Assembly (NCBI GenBank): GCA_965202805.1
Contig: OZ241869.1
Coordinates: forward strand, 320,001-384,000
Reading direction: 5' to 3'
Source: Longimicrobiales bacterium
Lineage (GTDB): Bacteria > Gemmatimonadota > Gemmatimonadetes > Longimicrobiales > Gaopeijiaceae
DNA: 64,000 bases
Position 1 is the stretch's first letter; each line of letters opens with the position of its first letter. The translations under genes and the position numbers were made by a program. The notes beneath the pieces were generated by a model. The model was not told where the DNA came from, did no database searches, and saw nothing but the letters and a program-made list of their open reading frames with translations. This document shows positions 21,226-30,360 of the stretch, in pieces.

Positions 21226-22664
21226 GCACAGTGGCCACCGCCCCGGACATCCTCACCCTCGGGGAGTTCCACTCCTTCCAGGCGGAGGGCTCGACCTTCC
21301 TCTACCTGGTCCCGAGCGCGGCCATCTTCCGCCTCGACGCGGCCTCGCTGGCGATGCTGGAGGCGCTCGAGAAGGCAAACCACACGCGCGCGGAGCTGGT
21401 GCAGCGGCTGGAGAGCCGTTTTCCGGCGGAGGAGGTTGCCAACCGCATCGACGAACTGCTCGGCGTGCGCGCCGTCGGCCTTCTCGGCAAGCCGGCCCCG
21501 GCCCCTCCCGACATGCTGCCGCCCAAGGGCTTCCCGCTGACCACGATGGTCCTGAACGTCACCAGCAAGTGCAACCTGGCCTGCACCTACTGCTACGAGT
21601 ACGGCGACGACCGCATCGTCGAGGCCGACTCCAAGCCCCGCTACATGGACCTCGAGACCGCCCGCGAGAGCGTCGACTTCATGTTCGAGCAGGGCGGCTC
21701 CAACCGCCTGGTGCACCTCACCTTCTTCGGCGGCGAGACCCTCCTCAACTTCAAGCTGCTCAAGAAAACCGCGGCATACGCCCGTCAGCGCGCCCGCGAA
21801 GTGGGGAAGGAGGTCGACTTCAGCCTCACCACCAACGCGACCCTGCTCAAACCGGAGATCGTGGACTGGCTGGCCGAAAACCGGGTGGGCGTGACCGTTT
21901 CCATCGACGGGCCGCGCGAGGTGCAGGACGGGCTGCGCGTCTTCTCCAACGGCATGGGCAGCTACGACATCATCCTGCCGAAGATCAAGGATCTGCTCGC
22001 CCGCCACCGCACCCGCCCCATCGGCGCGCGCGTGACCCTCACCAGCAAGAACCTGGACGTGAAGCAGATCTTCACGCACCTGACCGAGGAGATCGGCTTC
22101 TGGGAGGTGGGCTTCGCCCCGGTGACCAGCTCGTCGTGCCGTGACTTCTCCATCTCCGACGCCGGCTACGACCACATGCTGGGCCAGTTCGAGGAGCTCG
22201 CCTGGGATTTCTTCGAGGCCGCCTGCGCGGAGCAGCACCACGGTTTCTCCAACGTGAAGGACACCCTGGAGGAGATCCACAAGGGCGTGAGCAAGGCGTA
22301 CCCGTGCGGCGCCGGCCTGGGGCTCATGGGCGTGGCGACCGACGGCGACGTGGCGCTCTGCCATCGCTTTGCGGGATCCGACGAGCACAAGATCGGGTCG
22401 GTGTCGGAAGGCGTCGACGTCGACGTGCAGTACGACTACCTGAAGAAGCACCACATCAACAGCAAGACCGACTGCCACACCTGCTGGGCCCGCCCCATCT
22501 GCGCCGGCGGGTGCTATCACGAGGCCCACACCCGCTACGGCACCACGTCAACCCCGAACCTGCACTTCTGCGAGTGGGTTCGCAGCTGGACCGATACCTG
22601 TCTTCGAGTTTACGGAGCCATCTCGGAGCGCAACCCGGCATTCCTGGCGCGGTTCGACGCCTGA
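21222..22664 (+). CDS. qhpD: QHNDH maturation radical SAM/SPASM thioether-crosslinking enzyme
   Basis: CNLACTYCY, FFGGETLLN, SPASM cysteines PCGAG...LCHRF...CHTCWARPICAGGCYHE...FC; ATGA overlap with qhpA. Confidence 0.94.
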   Translation: MSTVATAPDILTLGEFHSFQAEGSTFLYLVPSAAIFRLDAASLAMLEALEKANHTRAELVQRLESRFPAEEVANRIDELLGVRAVGLLGKPAPAPPDMLPPKGFPLTTMVLNVTSKCNLACTYCYEYGDDRIVEADSKPRYMDLETARESVDFMFEQGGSNRLVHLTFFGGETLLNFKLLKKTAAYARQRAREVGKEVDFSLTTNATLLKPEIVDWLAENRVGVTVSIDGPREVQDGLRVFSNGMGSYDIILPKIKDLLARHRTRPIGARVTLTSKNLDVKQIFTHLTEEIGFWEVGFAPVTSSSCRDFSISDAGYDHMLGQFEELAWDFFEAACAEQHHGFSNVKDTLEEIHKGVSKAYPCGAGLGLMGVATDGDVALCHRFAGSDEHKIGSVSEGVDVDVQYDYLKKHHINSKTDCHTCWARPICAGGCYHEAHTRYGTTSTPNLHFCEWVRSWTDTCLRVYGAISERNPAFLARFDA

Positions 22665-22707
22665 GCCGGATCATCCATCGCGACCGAGTCAACGAGGAGA
22701 GAGACCC

Positions 22708-23124
22708 TTGGCACTGAAACCGATCAACCGCAAAGCCGACCGGATGGTGACCTGGCTGGAGCACCAGGGCGCCGTGCCTCCGGTCGAGCAGATGGCCGGG
22801 CCCGTGGATCCCGCGGGCGCGAACGCGGGCGCCGATGAGAGCGCGGAGGACGTGGTGGCGCTCGGGGGGCGTCTCCCCGAAATCCCCGAGATCCCGCACA
22901 TCCCGCTGGGGTGCTCGCTGGTCTTCGCCCCGGGCTGGGAGGTCGACGAGGCGGGCGGCACCGCGGGGCTCTGCCAGCCGGTGGAGCGCGACCTCTTCGA
23001 CTGCCACCTGGCGTGCTTCTGGCCCGCCCACGTCCCGGACCAGCTGAACCACAGCCCGGACTGGACCGGCAAGTGCGCGGCGGCGCAGAACGACTGGCGC
23101 AAGCTGGAGATGATCTTCCCGTAG
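22708..23124 (+). CDS. qhpC: QHNDH gamma subunit (CTQ precursor peptide)
   Basis: Leader LKPINRKA...EDVVAL; core GCSLVFAPGWEVD...CQPVERDLFDCHLACFWPAHVPD...DWRKL with all canonical Cys/Asp/Glu/Trp spacings; SD GAGGAG upstream of TTG. Confidence 0.93.
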   Translation: MALKPINRKADRMVTWLEHQGAVPPVEQMAGPVDPAGANAGADESAEDVVALGGRLPEIPEIPHIPLGCSLVFAPGWEVDEAGGTAGLCQPVERDLFDCHLACFWPAHVPDQLNHSPDWTGKCAAAQNDWRKLEMIFP

Positions 23125-23213
23125 GCCGGACGCGCGCCCCGGGCCCCGCGGGCCTGCGCCGGCGTCATGCGTTGCCACGGGACCCGGGTACACACCCTTC
23201 CATCATCGAAAAC

Positions 23214-23251
23214 CTGACAAAATGGCAGACATGTCTGACAAAATGGCAGAC
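23214..23251. repeat. 17-bp perfect direct repeat CTGACAAAATGGCAGAC x2 with 21-bp period
   Basis: Copies at 23214-23230 and 23235-23251, overlapping the candidate qhpB starts. Confidence 0.75.
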
Positions 23252-24418
23252 TTGACCGGCAAAAGGCCTCGCCGGCCGGCAATCGCCACGCTCGTCGTAT
23301 TGCCGCTCGCAATTGCCCTGATCGCCGGAGCCGCCTCATCCGCGGTCGCGCAGGAGGTCCGCTCCGGGGGCAACGGCACCATCTACATGGGGGCGTACAA
23401 CAACTCCGTCTACGTGATCGACGAAGCAACGCTGGAGGTGACGCGGCGCATTACGACCACCACCGGCATCCCGAACCGCTTCGACCTCGCCCCGGACAAC
23501 GAAACCCTCTACGTGCGCGACGCGGCGATGGAGCACGTCGAGGTGGTCGACCTCGTGGAAGGGCGCTCGGTCGACTCCTTCACGCTGAGCGAGGGCAACA
23601 CCAGGGTGCGCATCCGCACGATGGCGGTGGATCCCGGCGAGGAGTACATCCTGCTCGCGGTGCGCAGCTACACCAAGCTGCTCGACCGCTTCGAGATCAG
23701 CGACTTCGAGCTGGTGCGCGTCGACCTGGACTCGCACGAGGTGACCGACACCGTCCCGCTGCCCTTCGACGAGCAGCGGCAGGGCGTCAACCTCATGTTC
23801 TCCCCGGATGGCGAACTCCTCTACTTCTTCGGCCGCGACATCATCGCCGTGGAGACGGAGAACTTCACCGAGGTCGATCGCTGGGAGCTGTCGCGTCCCC
23901 TCGAGGAGGGACTCGGGCGCATCAACCTGAACTTCCAGCGCAGTCCCTTCGACGAGGAAGGCATCTTCACCGACCTGTTCCGCATGACGGACCCGGTGCA
24001 GGGCCGGCGCATGATGGGCATCGCACGGGTGGACCTGGCGGCGCAGGATGTGGACTTCTACACCCTCGGCCCGAGCGAGCCGGTCAGCTTCCAACTGGCC
24101 CCGGGCGGGCGCAAGGGGTACGGCCTCCGCTCGGAGATCGGGTTCTACGAGTTCTGGACCTTCGATCTGGAGGGGCGCCGGGTCGAGAGCCGGGTGGAGT
24201 TCCCCGGACGCCCGCGGATGGCGCTCCAGCCGAGCTCAAACGGCGAACTGCTCTACATCTACAACGCGGGCAACACCATCGACGTCTACGACGCCGAGAC
24301 GCACGAGCTGCTGCGCACGGTGTGGCTGGACGCCGACATGACGCGCTTCATCCTGGTGCCGGGGATGGCGGCCGCGGACGACTCCGGCGCGTCCGGGAAC
24401 GGCGCCGGCGGGTCGTAG
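23243..24418 (+). CDS. qhpB: QHNDH beta subunit (YVTN-like beta-propeller)
   Basis: Signal peptide ending AVA-Q; propeller motifs NNSVYVIDEATLEV, FSPDGELLY, LYIYNAGNTIDVYDAET; position after qhpC; start may be 23222-23252. Confidence 0.82.
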   Translation: MADLTGKRPRRPAIATLVVLPLAIALIAGAASSAVAQEVRSGGNGTIYMGAYNNSVYVIDEATLEVTRRITTTTGIPNRFDLAPDNETLYVRDAAMEHVEVVDLVEGRSVDSFTLSEGNTRVRIRTMAVDPGEEYILLAVRSYTKLLDRFEISDFELVRVDLDSHEVTDTVPLPFDEQRQGVNLMFSPDGELLYFFGRDIIAVETENFTEVDRWELSRPLEEGLGRINLNFQRSPFDEEGIFTDLFRMTDPVQGRRMMGIARVDLAAQDVDFYTLGPSEPVSFQLAPGGRKGYGLRSEIGFYEFWTFDLEGRRVESRVEFPGRPRMALQPSSNGELLYIYNAGNTIDVYDAETHELLRTVWLDADMTRFILVPGMAAADDSGASGNGAGGS

Positions 24419-24425
24419 GGAGCCT

Positions 24426-26246
24426 CTGTCGGCACCCCGCAAACGTCGGTCGGGACGTCTCACGTTCGGGTCTGCACCCGACGAGGCCCGGTCCGCGCCC
24501 GCTGAGGTCCGGTCCGGACGCTTCCTCGACCGCGAAATCCGCTGGGCGCTGGGGTTCGTCCGTCCCTACGCGAAGTGGCTGGTCCTGGTGCTGGGCCTGA
24601 GCCTGGCCGGCACCGCGCTCTCGCTCTACATCCCCTATCTCACCAGGGACCTGGTCGACACCGCCCTCCTCGGGCAGGACTCCGCCGCCCTCACCCGCAT
24701 CGTGGCGCTCTTCGCGGGCATCACTGCGGTGTCGTTCGGGTTCAACGTCGTCGCGGGGCTCCGCTACACGCGCACCTCGGCGGACATCCTCTTCGACATG
24801 CGGCTGGCGCTCTACCGGCACCTGCAGCGGCTCTCGCCCCGGTTCTACGCGCGCACGCCCGTGGGCGACATCATGTCGCGCATCAACAACGACATCGGCG
24901 AGATCCAGCGCATCGTCTCCGAGAGCCTGCTCGCGTGGCTGGGCAACATCGCGTACCTGCTCGGGACGGTGGGGATCCTGATCTGGCTGGACGCGCGGCT
25001 GTTCGCGGTGAGCCTGATCATGCTGCCGCCCTGTCTCTGGGCCCTGGTGCGCTACCGCCGGCGCCTGGAGAGCATCACCGCGGAGCTGCGCGAGCGGAGC
25101 GCGGAGATCGGCAGCTTCCTGATCGAGACCGTCCTCGGGCTCAAGCTGACGGTGGCCTCGAACGCGCAGCGGCGGGAGCAGAGGCGCTTTCGCGCGAAAA
25201 ACGACGCCTTCATCGAGAAGCTGATGTCGATGCGGCTGCTGACCTATCTCGCCGGGGGGCTGCCCGGGCTCATCCTCGCGGGTGGGGTGGCGATCATCTT
25301 CCTGTACGGAGGTCAGAGGGTGATCTCGGAGGCGATCACGATGGGGACGTTCGTCGCCTTCATGGCCTATCAGATGCGGCTCCTCGGGCCGATCCAGGGG
25401 CTGATGGGACTGTACGCGAGCCTAGCGACGGCGCGGGTCTCGCTGGGGCGCGTGCATGTGATTCTGGACACGCCGATCCAGGTGCGGGACCCGGAGCGGC
25501 CGGAGAGCGCGCAGGGGCTGGGCGGCGAGCTGCGGCTGGAGGGGGTGAGCTTCTCGTTCGGGCGAGGGGAGCCGGTGTTGGACGGGGTCGACCTGGTCGT
25601 GGGGGAGGGGGAGGTGGTGGCGGTCGTGGGCGCGAGCGGGAGCGGCAAGTCCACCATCGTGGACCTCTTGTCGCGGCAGCTCGACCCGGATGCCGGCCGG
25701 ATCCTCCTGGGCGGCCGCGACCTGCGTGCGCTCCGGCTGCGGGACGTGCGCGCGCGGGTGGTCGCGGTCGAGCAGGAGCCTTTCCTGTTCAACACCACCA
25801 TCGCGGAGAACATCCGCTACGGCCGGCCGGACGCGTCGGACGCGGAGGTGGAGGCTGCCGCGCGCGCGGTGGGGCTGGACGCCTTTCTCGCAACCTTGCC
25901 GGACGAGCTCGCCACCCGGGTCGGCGAGCAGGGGCGGGAGCTCTCGGCCGGGCAGCGCCAGCGGGTCGCGGTCGCGCGCGCCTTCCTGGCCGACCCGGCG
26001 GTACTGGTGCTCGACGAACCCACCTCGTCGCTCGACCCGGCCTCGGAGCGCGCGCTGATGGAGGGCTACCAGGTCGTGATGCGGGGCCGCACGACCATCC
26101 TGGTGTCCCATCGGCTCGCGCTCGCCCGGCGGGCCGACCGGGTGGTGGTGCTGGCGCGCGGCCGCATCGTGGAGGAGGGCACGGCCGCGGTACTGCTGGG
26201 CCGGGGCGGGACCTTCGCCCGGTTGTTCGGGAGGGAGGGGGGTTAG
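24426..26246 (+). CDS. qhpF: ABC exporter (TMD+NBD), QhpF-type
   Basis: TMD plus GASGSGKST, LSAGQRQR, LDEPTSSLD; frame open from 24342 with elbow-helix-like WALGFVRPY before the first canonical start (GTG 24588); true start uncertain. Confidence 0.8.
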   Translation: MSAPRKRRSGRLTFGSAPDEARSAPAEVRSGRFLDREIRWALGFVRPYAKWLVLVLGLSLAGTALSLYIPYLTRDLVDTALLGQDSAALTRIVALFAGITAVSFGFNVVAGLRYTRTSADILFDMRLALYRHLQRLSPRFYARTPVGDIMSRINNDIGEIQRIVSESLLAWLGNIAYLLGTVGILIWLDARLFAVSLIMLPPCLWALVRYRRRLESITAELRERSAEIGSFLIETVLGLKLTVASNAQRREQRRFRAKNDAFIEKLMSMRLLTYLAGGLPGLILAGGVAIIFLYGGQRVISEAITMGTFVAFMAYQMRLLGPIQGLMGLYASLATARVSLGRVHVILDTPIQVRDPERPESAQGLGGELRLEGVSFSFGRGEPVLDGVDLVVGEGEVVAVVGASGSGKSTIVDLLSRQLDPDAGRILLGGRDLRALRLRDVRARVVAVEQEPFLFNTTIAENIRYGRPDASDAEVEAAARAVGLDAFLATLPDELATRVGEQGRELSAGQRQRVAVARAFLADPAVLVLDEPTSSLDPASERALMEGYQVVMRGRTTILVSHRLALARRADRVVVLARGRIVEEGTAAVLLGRGGTFARLFGREGG

Positions 26247-26280
26247 TCCGCGGGAGCTTCTACGCCATATCATCGATCTC

Positions 26281-27045
26281 ATGACCCCAATGGAAGAATG
26301 GGAACACCGGGAGTTGCGACTGGACGCTCCCCCGCTGGACGAACGTCGAGGCGAGGGAGTGCGGGTCGCGGTGGTGGACAGCGGCGTTCACGCGATGCAT
26401 CCCCACGTCGGTGGGGTCGCGGGTGGCGTGGCCATTGGGTCGGACGGGTCGGAAGCCGACGACTACGTCGACCGGCTCGGCCACGGGACGGCGGTGACCG
26501 CAGCCATCAGGGAGAAGGCGCCCGCAGCCGAGTTGTTCGCCGTGAAGGTATTTGGCGAGCGGCTGGCCACCAGTTGTGGCGCCCTGGTGCGCGCCGTCGA
26601 ATGGGCGGTGGAGCATGAGGCGCGGCTCGTGAACCTCAGCCTCGGCACGTCGAATCCGGCGCACGAATCCAGGCTGGCCGCAGCCGTGAACCAGGCAGCG
26701 GAGCGCGGCGCGCTCGTGGTGTCGGCTCGGCAAGGCGATGGCGTGCGCTGGCTTCCGGGATCGGTCCCGGGCGCCATCGGCGTGTTGCTGGACTGGAGCT
26801 GTCCCCGCCATGCGGTGCGGGTGGGAACCGACCACCAGGGGACCCCGGCGTTCCTCGCCTCGGGTTTCCCGCGACCGATCCCCGGCGTTTCTCCCGCGCG
26901 CAACCTGGGCGGCATCAGCTTCGCGGTAGCCAACGTGACGGGCGTGCTTGCCCGGCTGTTGGCGGCGGAGCCGGAGGCGGGCAGCGCGGGTCAGGTCTTC
27001 GAGCTGGCCCGTCGTCACGCCGTCCTGCGGCCAGCCAGCCAGTAG
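26281..27045 (+). CDS. qhpE: Subtilisin-like (S8) leader-peptide protease
   Basis: Triad motifs VAVVDSG, GHGTAV, GISFAVANVTG; oxyanion Asn region altered (VSAR); last gene of qhp run. Confidence 0.85.
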   Translation: MTPMEEWEHRELRLDAPPLDERRGEGVRVAVVDSGVHAMHPHVGGVAGGVAIGSDGSEADDYVDRLGHGTAVTAAIREKAPAAELFAVKVFGERLATSCGALVRAVEWAVEHEARLVNLSLGTSNPAHESRLAAAVNQAAERGALVVSARQGDGVRWLPGSVPGAIGVLLDWSCPRHAVRVGTDHQGTPAFLASGFPRPIPGVSPARNLGGISFAVANVTGVLARLLAAEPEAGSAGQVFELARRHAVLRPASQ

Positions 27046-28466
27046 AAGACCAGGCCGGCCGCGATCAGCGCCAGGCCCATCCATCCCTGGGACGGGCGGT
27101 CGAGCAGGATGTACAGCAGCGTCCACGAGGTCAGCGCCAGGTACACGATGGGCGTGACCGGATATCCCCAGGCGCGGAAGGGGCGTTCGAGTTCCGGCTC
27201 GCGCATCCGCAGCACGAAGATTCCCGCCACCGCGAGCAGGCTGTTGAGCCCCAGCGTGAATCCCGAGAACACCAGAATCGCCTCGAAGGACGCGCTGAGG
27301 ATGAAGAGGAGGGACAGCGCGGCCTGCGTCAGAATCGCGACCCTGGGGATGCCTGCCGGGGTCCTCTTCGCGAGGAAGCCAAAGGCGGGATGGTCCTCGC
27401 CGATGACGTGCAGGACCCGTGGGCCCGCCAGCACCATGGCGCTCACCGTGGAGACCAGCAGTACGGCCAGGGCGACGCCCATGATGTCGGCTCCGAGGGG
27501 GCCGAAGATGTGCATGGCGGCCACGTGGCCCACCTCGAGCCTTCCTTCCAGCTCGGACATCGGCGCGGCCCTCAGGAAGGTGTAGTTGAGGGCCAGATAG
27601 AGCACCATCACCAGCAGGGTGCCGCCCGCGAGCACGCCCGGCAGCGTGCGGCCCGGGTTCTCGAGCTCGCCGGTCAGGTAGGTGGCGGCGTTCCACCCCG
27701 TGTACGCGTACGAGACGTAGATGAGCGACACGGCGAAGGCGCCGCCGAAGACGAGCTGCGCGTCCCCCGCGGCAGGGAGGAGCGCGACGGGCTCGGGGGC
27801 CTCGACCAGGGCGAAGGCGGCGGCGCAGAAGACGGCGATCAGGATCACCTTGACCGTGGTGAAGCTGCGCTGGAAGAAGGACGAGGCGCCGTAAGTGGCC
27901 GAGTGCACCCACGCCGCCGCGGCCACCAGGCCCGCCGCCAGCCAGGTGGGCGACAGGGAAGGGAAGACCGACGCCAGGTAGGCGCCGAAGGTGATCGCGG
28001 CCAGGGCCGTGGGGGCGGCGAACCCGACCGTGGCCGAGATCCACCCCGACACGAACCCCGCCGCCGGGTGGTAGATGCGTCCCAGAAAGGTGTACTCCCC
28101 GCCCGAACGCCGCAGCGCCGCGCCCAGCTCCGCGTAGGTGATCGCGCCGCAGAAGGCCGCCACGCCGCCGACCACCCAGAGCATCAGGAGCGGGAAGGTG
28201 GAGCGGATGGTCTCCAGCTGGAAGCCCAGGCTGGTGAACACGCCGGTGCCGATCATGTTGGCCACCACGACCGCGGCCGCCGCGTGGAAGCCGTATCCGC
28301 GCACGGATGTCGCCCGGCTGTCCGCGGGCTCCCGAGGCGCAGCGCCGCGACCGCCCGGCACACTGTCGTCGCGCCCGGCGCCGCCGGGCCCGGATGCCGT
28401 CTCGCCTGCGGAAGTGGCGTGCATGGAGGGCCTGGGCGTGGATTCGTTCTCGATGCGACCATCCAT
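27015..28466 (-). CDS. APC-family amino acid/polyamine permease
   Basis: ANMIGTGVF, YAELGAALRRSGGEY, YAYTGWN, RPFRAWGYP; about 12 hydrophobic segments. Confidence 0.9.
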   Translation of the reverse strand: MDGRIENESTPRPSMHATSAGETASGPGGAGRDDSVPGGRGAAPREPADSRATSVRGYGFHAAAAVVVANMIGTGVFTSLGFQLETIRSTFPLLMLWVVGGVAAFCGAITYAELGAALRRSGGEYTFLGRIYHPAAGFVSGWISATVGFAAPTALAAITFGAYLASVFPSLSPTWLAAGLVAAAAWVHSATYGASSFFQRSFTTVKVILIAVFCAAAFALVEAPEPVALLPAAGDAQLVFGGAFAVSLIYVSYAYTGWNAATYLTGELENPGRTLPGVLAGGTLLVMVLYLALNYTFLRAAPMSELEGRLEVGHVAAMHIFGPLGADIMGVALAVLLVSTVSAMVLAGPRVLHVIGEDHPAFGFLAKRTPAGIPRVAILTQAALSLLFILSASFEAILVFSGFTLGLNSLLAVAGIFVLRMREPELERPFRAWGYPVTPIVYLALTSWTLLYILLDRPSQGWMGLALIAAGLVFYWLAGRRTA

Positions 28467-28636
28467 AATACGCCTTTGGGTTGGACCGGCGACCCGCTCG
28501 GCAGTAGAATCGGCCTGTCGAGGATCGGCTTCGCCGAAGACAGCGGGGAGGAGTCGACAACGGGCACACCATCCAGGTCAACATGGCCGGTTCTGATGAA
28601 GTAGCGCGTGCACCAGGGGCCGTGTAGCGTGCCTGC

Positions 28637-29281
28637 TTGAGCGTCGCGTCGGTGTCGCACCGCGTGCCCGGCCGCATCCCCGTGGTCGGCGTCATGGGCT
28701 CCGGCTCCGCCCGGCACGCCGATCTCGCAGGGCCCCTGGGTCGTGCCTTGGCCGGGATGGGCGTGCACCTGCTGACGGGGGGCGGGGCCGGAGTCATGGA
28801 GTCCGTCTCGCAGGCCTTCATCACGGTGCCGGGTCGAGCGGGACTGGTCATCGGGATCCTCCCGGCCGGGGATGCACGCCCCGACGGAGTCGATGCAGAT
28901 CCGAGTCGGGGTGACTCATGCATGAGTCGGATTGAGGCGCATCCGGGTCACATCGATGCCGACCCTGGAACGCCCCCCGGCTATCCCAACCCCTGGGTTG
29001 AACTCGCCATCCGCACCCATCTCGACGCCCGGGGCGACGACGGCTCCGGAATCCGCTCCCGCAACCACATCAACATCCTCTCGGCGGACGTCGTCATCGC
29101 GCTCCCGGGGTCGTCGGGGACGGCCTCGGAAGTCGAGCTGGCGATCCGCTACGGCCGGCCCATCATCCTTCTGGGAGACACCGCTCGGGCGGAACGCCTG
29201 TCAGTCCCCGTGCCGTCGACGGAGAGTGTGGACGAAGCCGTGGAGTTCGTGCGCCGCACCCTGCAGTTGGTCTCCGGATGA
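28637..29281 (+). CDS. LOG/SLOG-family (molybdenum cofactor carrier / TIGR00725-like) protein
   Basis: GVMGSG, LTGGGAGVMESVS, SRNHINILSADVVIALPGSSGTASEV. Confidence 0.78.
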   Translation: MSVASVSHRVPGRIPVVGVMGSGSARHADLAGPLGRALAGMGVHLLTGGGAGVMESVSQAFITVPGRAGLVIGILPAGDARPDGVDADPSRGDSCMSRIEAHPGHIDADPGTPPGYPNPWVELAIRTHLDARGDDGSGIRSRNHINILSADVVIALPGSSGTASEVELAIRYGRPIILLGDTARAERLSVPVPSTESVDEAVEFVRRTLQLVSG

Positions 29282-29413
29282 GACGAAACCGACGCGGATC
29301 CGGCCCGCCGGAGCGCGAGAGGGCGCGCGTGCGTTCTCCCGGTGACGTGGGTGATCGACCCGCCGGGCGGTTAGCTTTGCCTGCCAACCCTTCCACCATC
29401 CAAGGAGCAGGAG

Positions 29414-29827
29414 ATGCGTAATCCATTTCGCGGCGTGCTCGCCCTGCTGGCGCTGACCAGCGTCGCATGTGCGGGCGATGAAACCGGAGTGATCACTACC
29501 GCCAGCGGTCTTCAGTACGAGGTGCTGCGACAGGGTGACGGCCCGGCGCCGACCATGGACGACCAGGTCGTCGTCCACTATCGCGGCACCCTCACCGACG
29601 GGACCCAGTTCGATGCCTCCTATGACAGGGGCGAGCCCAACACCTTCCAGGTGAACGGCCTGATCGAGGGGTTCAGCGAAGCGCTCCAGCTCATGTCGGT
29701 CGGCAGCCACATCCGCGTCACGATCCCATCGGAGCTGGCGTACGGCGAGGCCGGCAGGGGCGCGCTGATCGGCCCCGACGAGACCCTGATCTTCGAGATC
29801 GAGCTGCTGGAAATCGTGGGGAGATAG
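29414..29827 (+). CDS. FKBP-type peptidyl-prolyl isomerase (lipoprotein)
   Basis: Lipobox SVAC; SGLQYEVL, VHYRGTLTDGTQFDAS, IPSELAYG, LIFEIELL. Confidence 0.93.
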   Translation: MRNPFRGVLALLALTSVACAGDETGVITTASGLQYEVLRQGDGPAPTMDDQVVVHYRGTLTDGTQFDASYDRGEPNTFQVNGLIEGFSEALQLMSVGSHIRVTIPSELAYGEAGRGALIGPDETLIFEIELLEIVGR

Positions 29828-29834
29828 CTCGGCC

Positions 29835-30326
29835 CTACAGATTCCCCGTCACCAGCCTCACCACGAACGCGACCATGAGCATGATCGTGGGGATGACGAA
29901 GGCGACACCCACCCCCAAGGTCAGCCCCGCGCGGAAGAGCGCCGGCCCGACCGGGCGCAGGCTGCCTCCCCAGACCTTGTGCAGGACACCCTCGACCATC
30001 CATCCGAGCGTGTAGCAGAGATTCGCCATGACCGCGAAGGGCAGGATCGCCGGGAGCGCCTGCACCACCTGCGAGAGCGGGTTCAGGGTGAGCAGCGCCA
30101 TGAAGATGGTGCCCATCCCGCATCCCGCGAGTACCGCGTTGTAGGCCAGGCGCCGCTTTTCCCACCACTTGACGATCCCGCCGACCGTGCGCTTGGCCGG
30201 GGCGGGATAGAGGAAGCGGACGAGCGCCGACTCCGCCGGGGCATCGCCCGCCACATGGTCCTCCAGGCTCAATGGATCGGGTGGGGTCACGGGGCTCCTC
30301 GGTGGACGGTGGTACCCGTTGGACAC
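29835..30326 (-). CDS. Conserved hypothetical membrane protein
   Basis: WWEKRRLAYN and ANLCYTLGW motifs with 3-4 TM segments; native codon usage. Confidence 0.7.
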   Translation of the reverse strand: MSNGYHRPPRSPVTPPDPLSLEDHVAGDAPAESALVRFLYPAPAKRTVGGIVKWWEKRRLAYNAVLAGCGMGTIFMALLTLNPLSQVVQALPAILPFAVMANLCYTLGWMVEGVLHKVWGGSLRPVGPALFRAGLTLGVGVAFVIPTIMLMVAFVVRLVTGNL

Positions 30327-30360
30327 TCGCGCATATCCCCGGGTTGCCTCGGAGCCCGCC

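Noticed and set aside
21222..27045. Novel ranthipeptide/bacteriocin RiPP cluster (rSAM, peptide, ABC exporter, S8 protease)
   Set aside because: The peptide is recognisably QhpC and is flanked by alpha and beta subunits, so this is QHNDH maturation.
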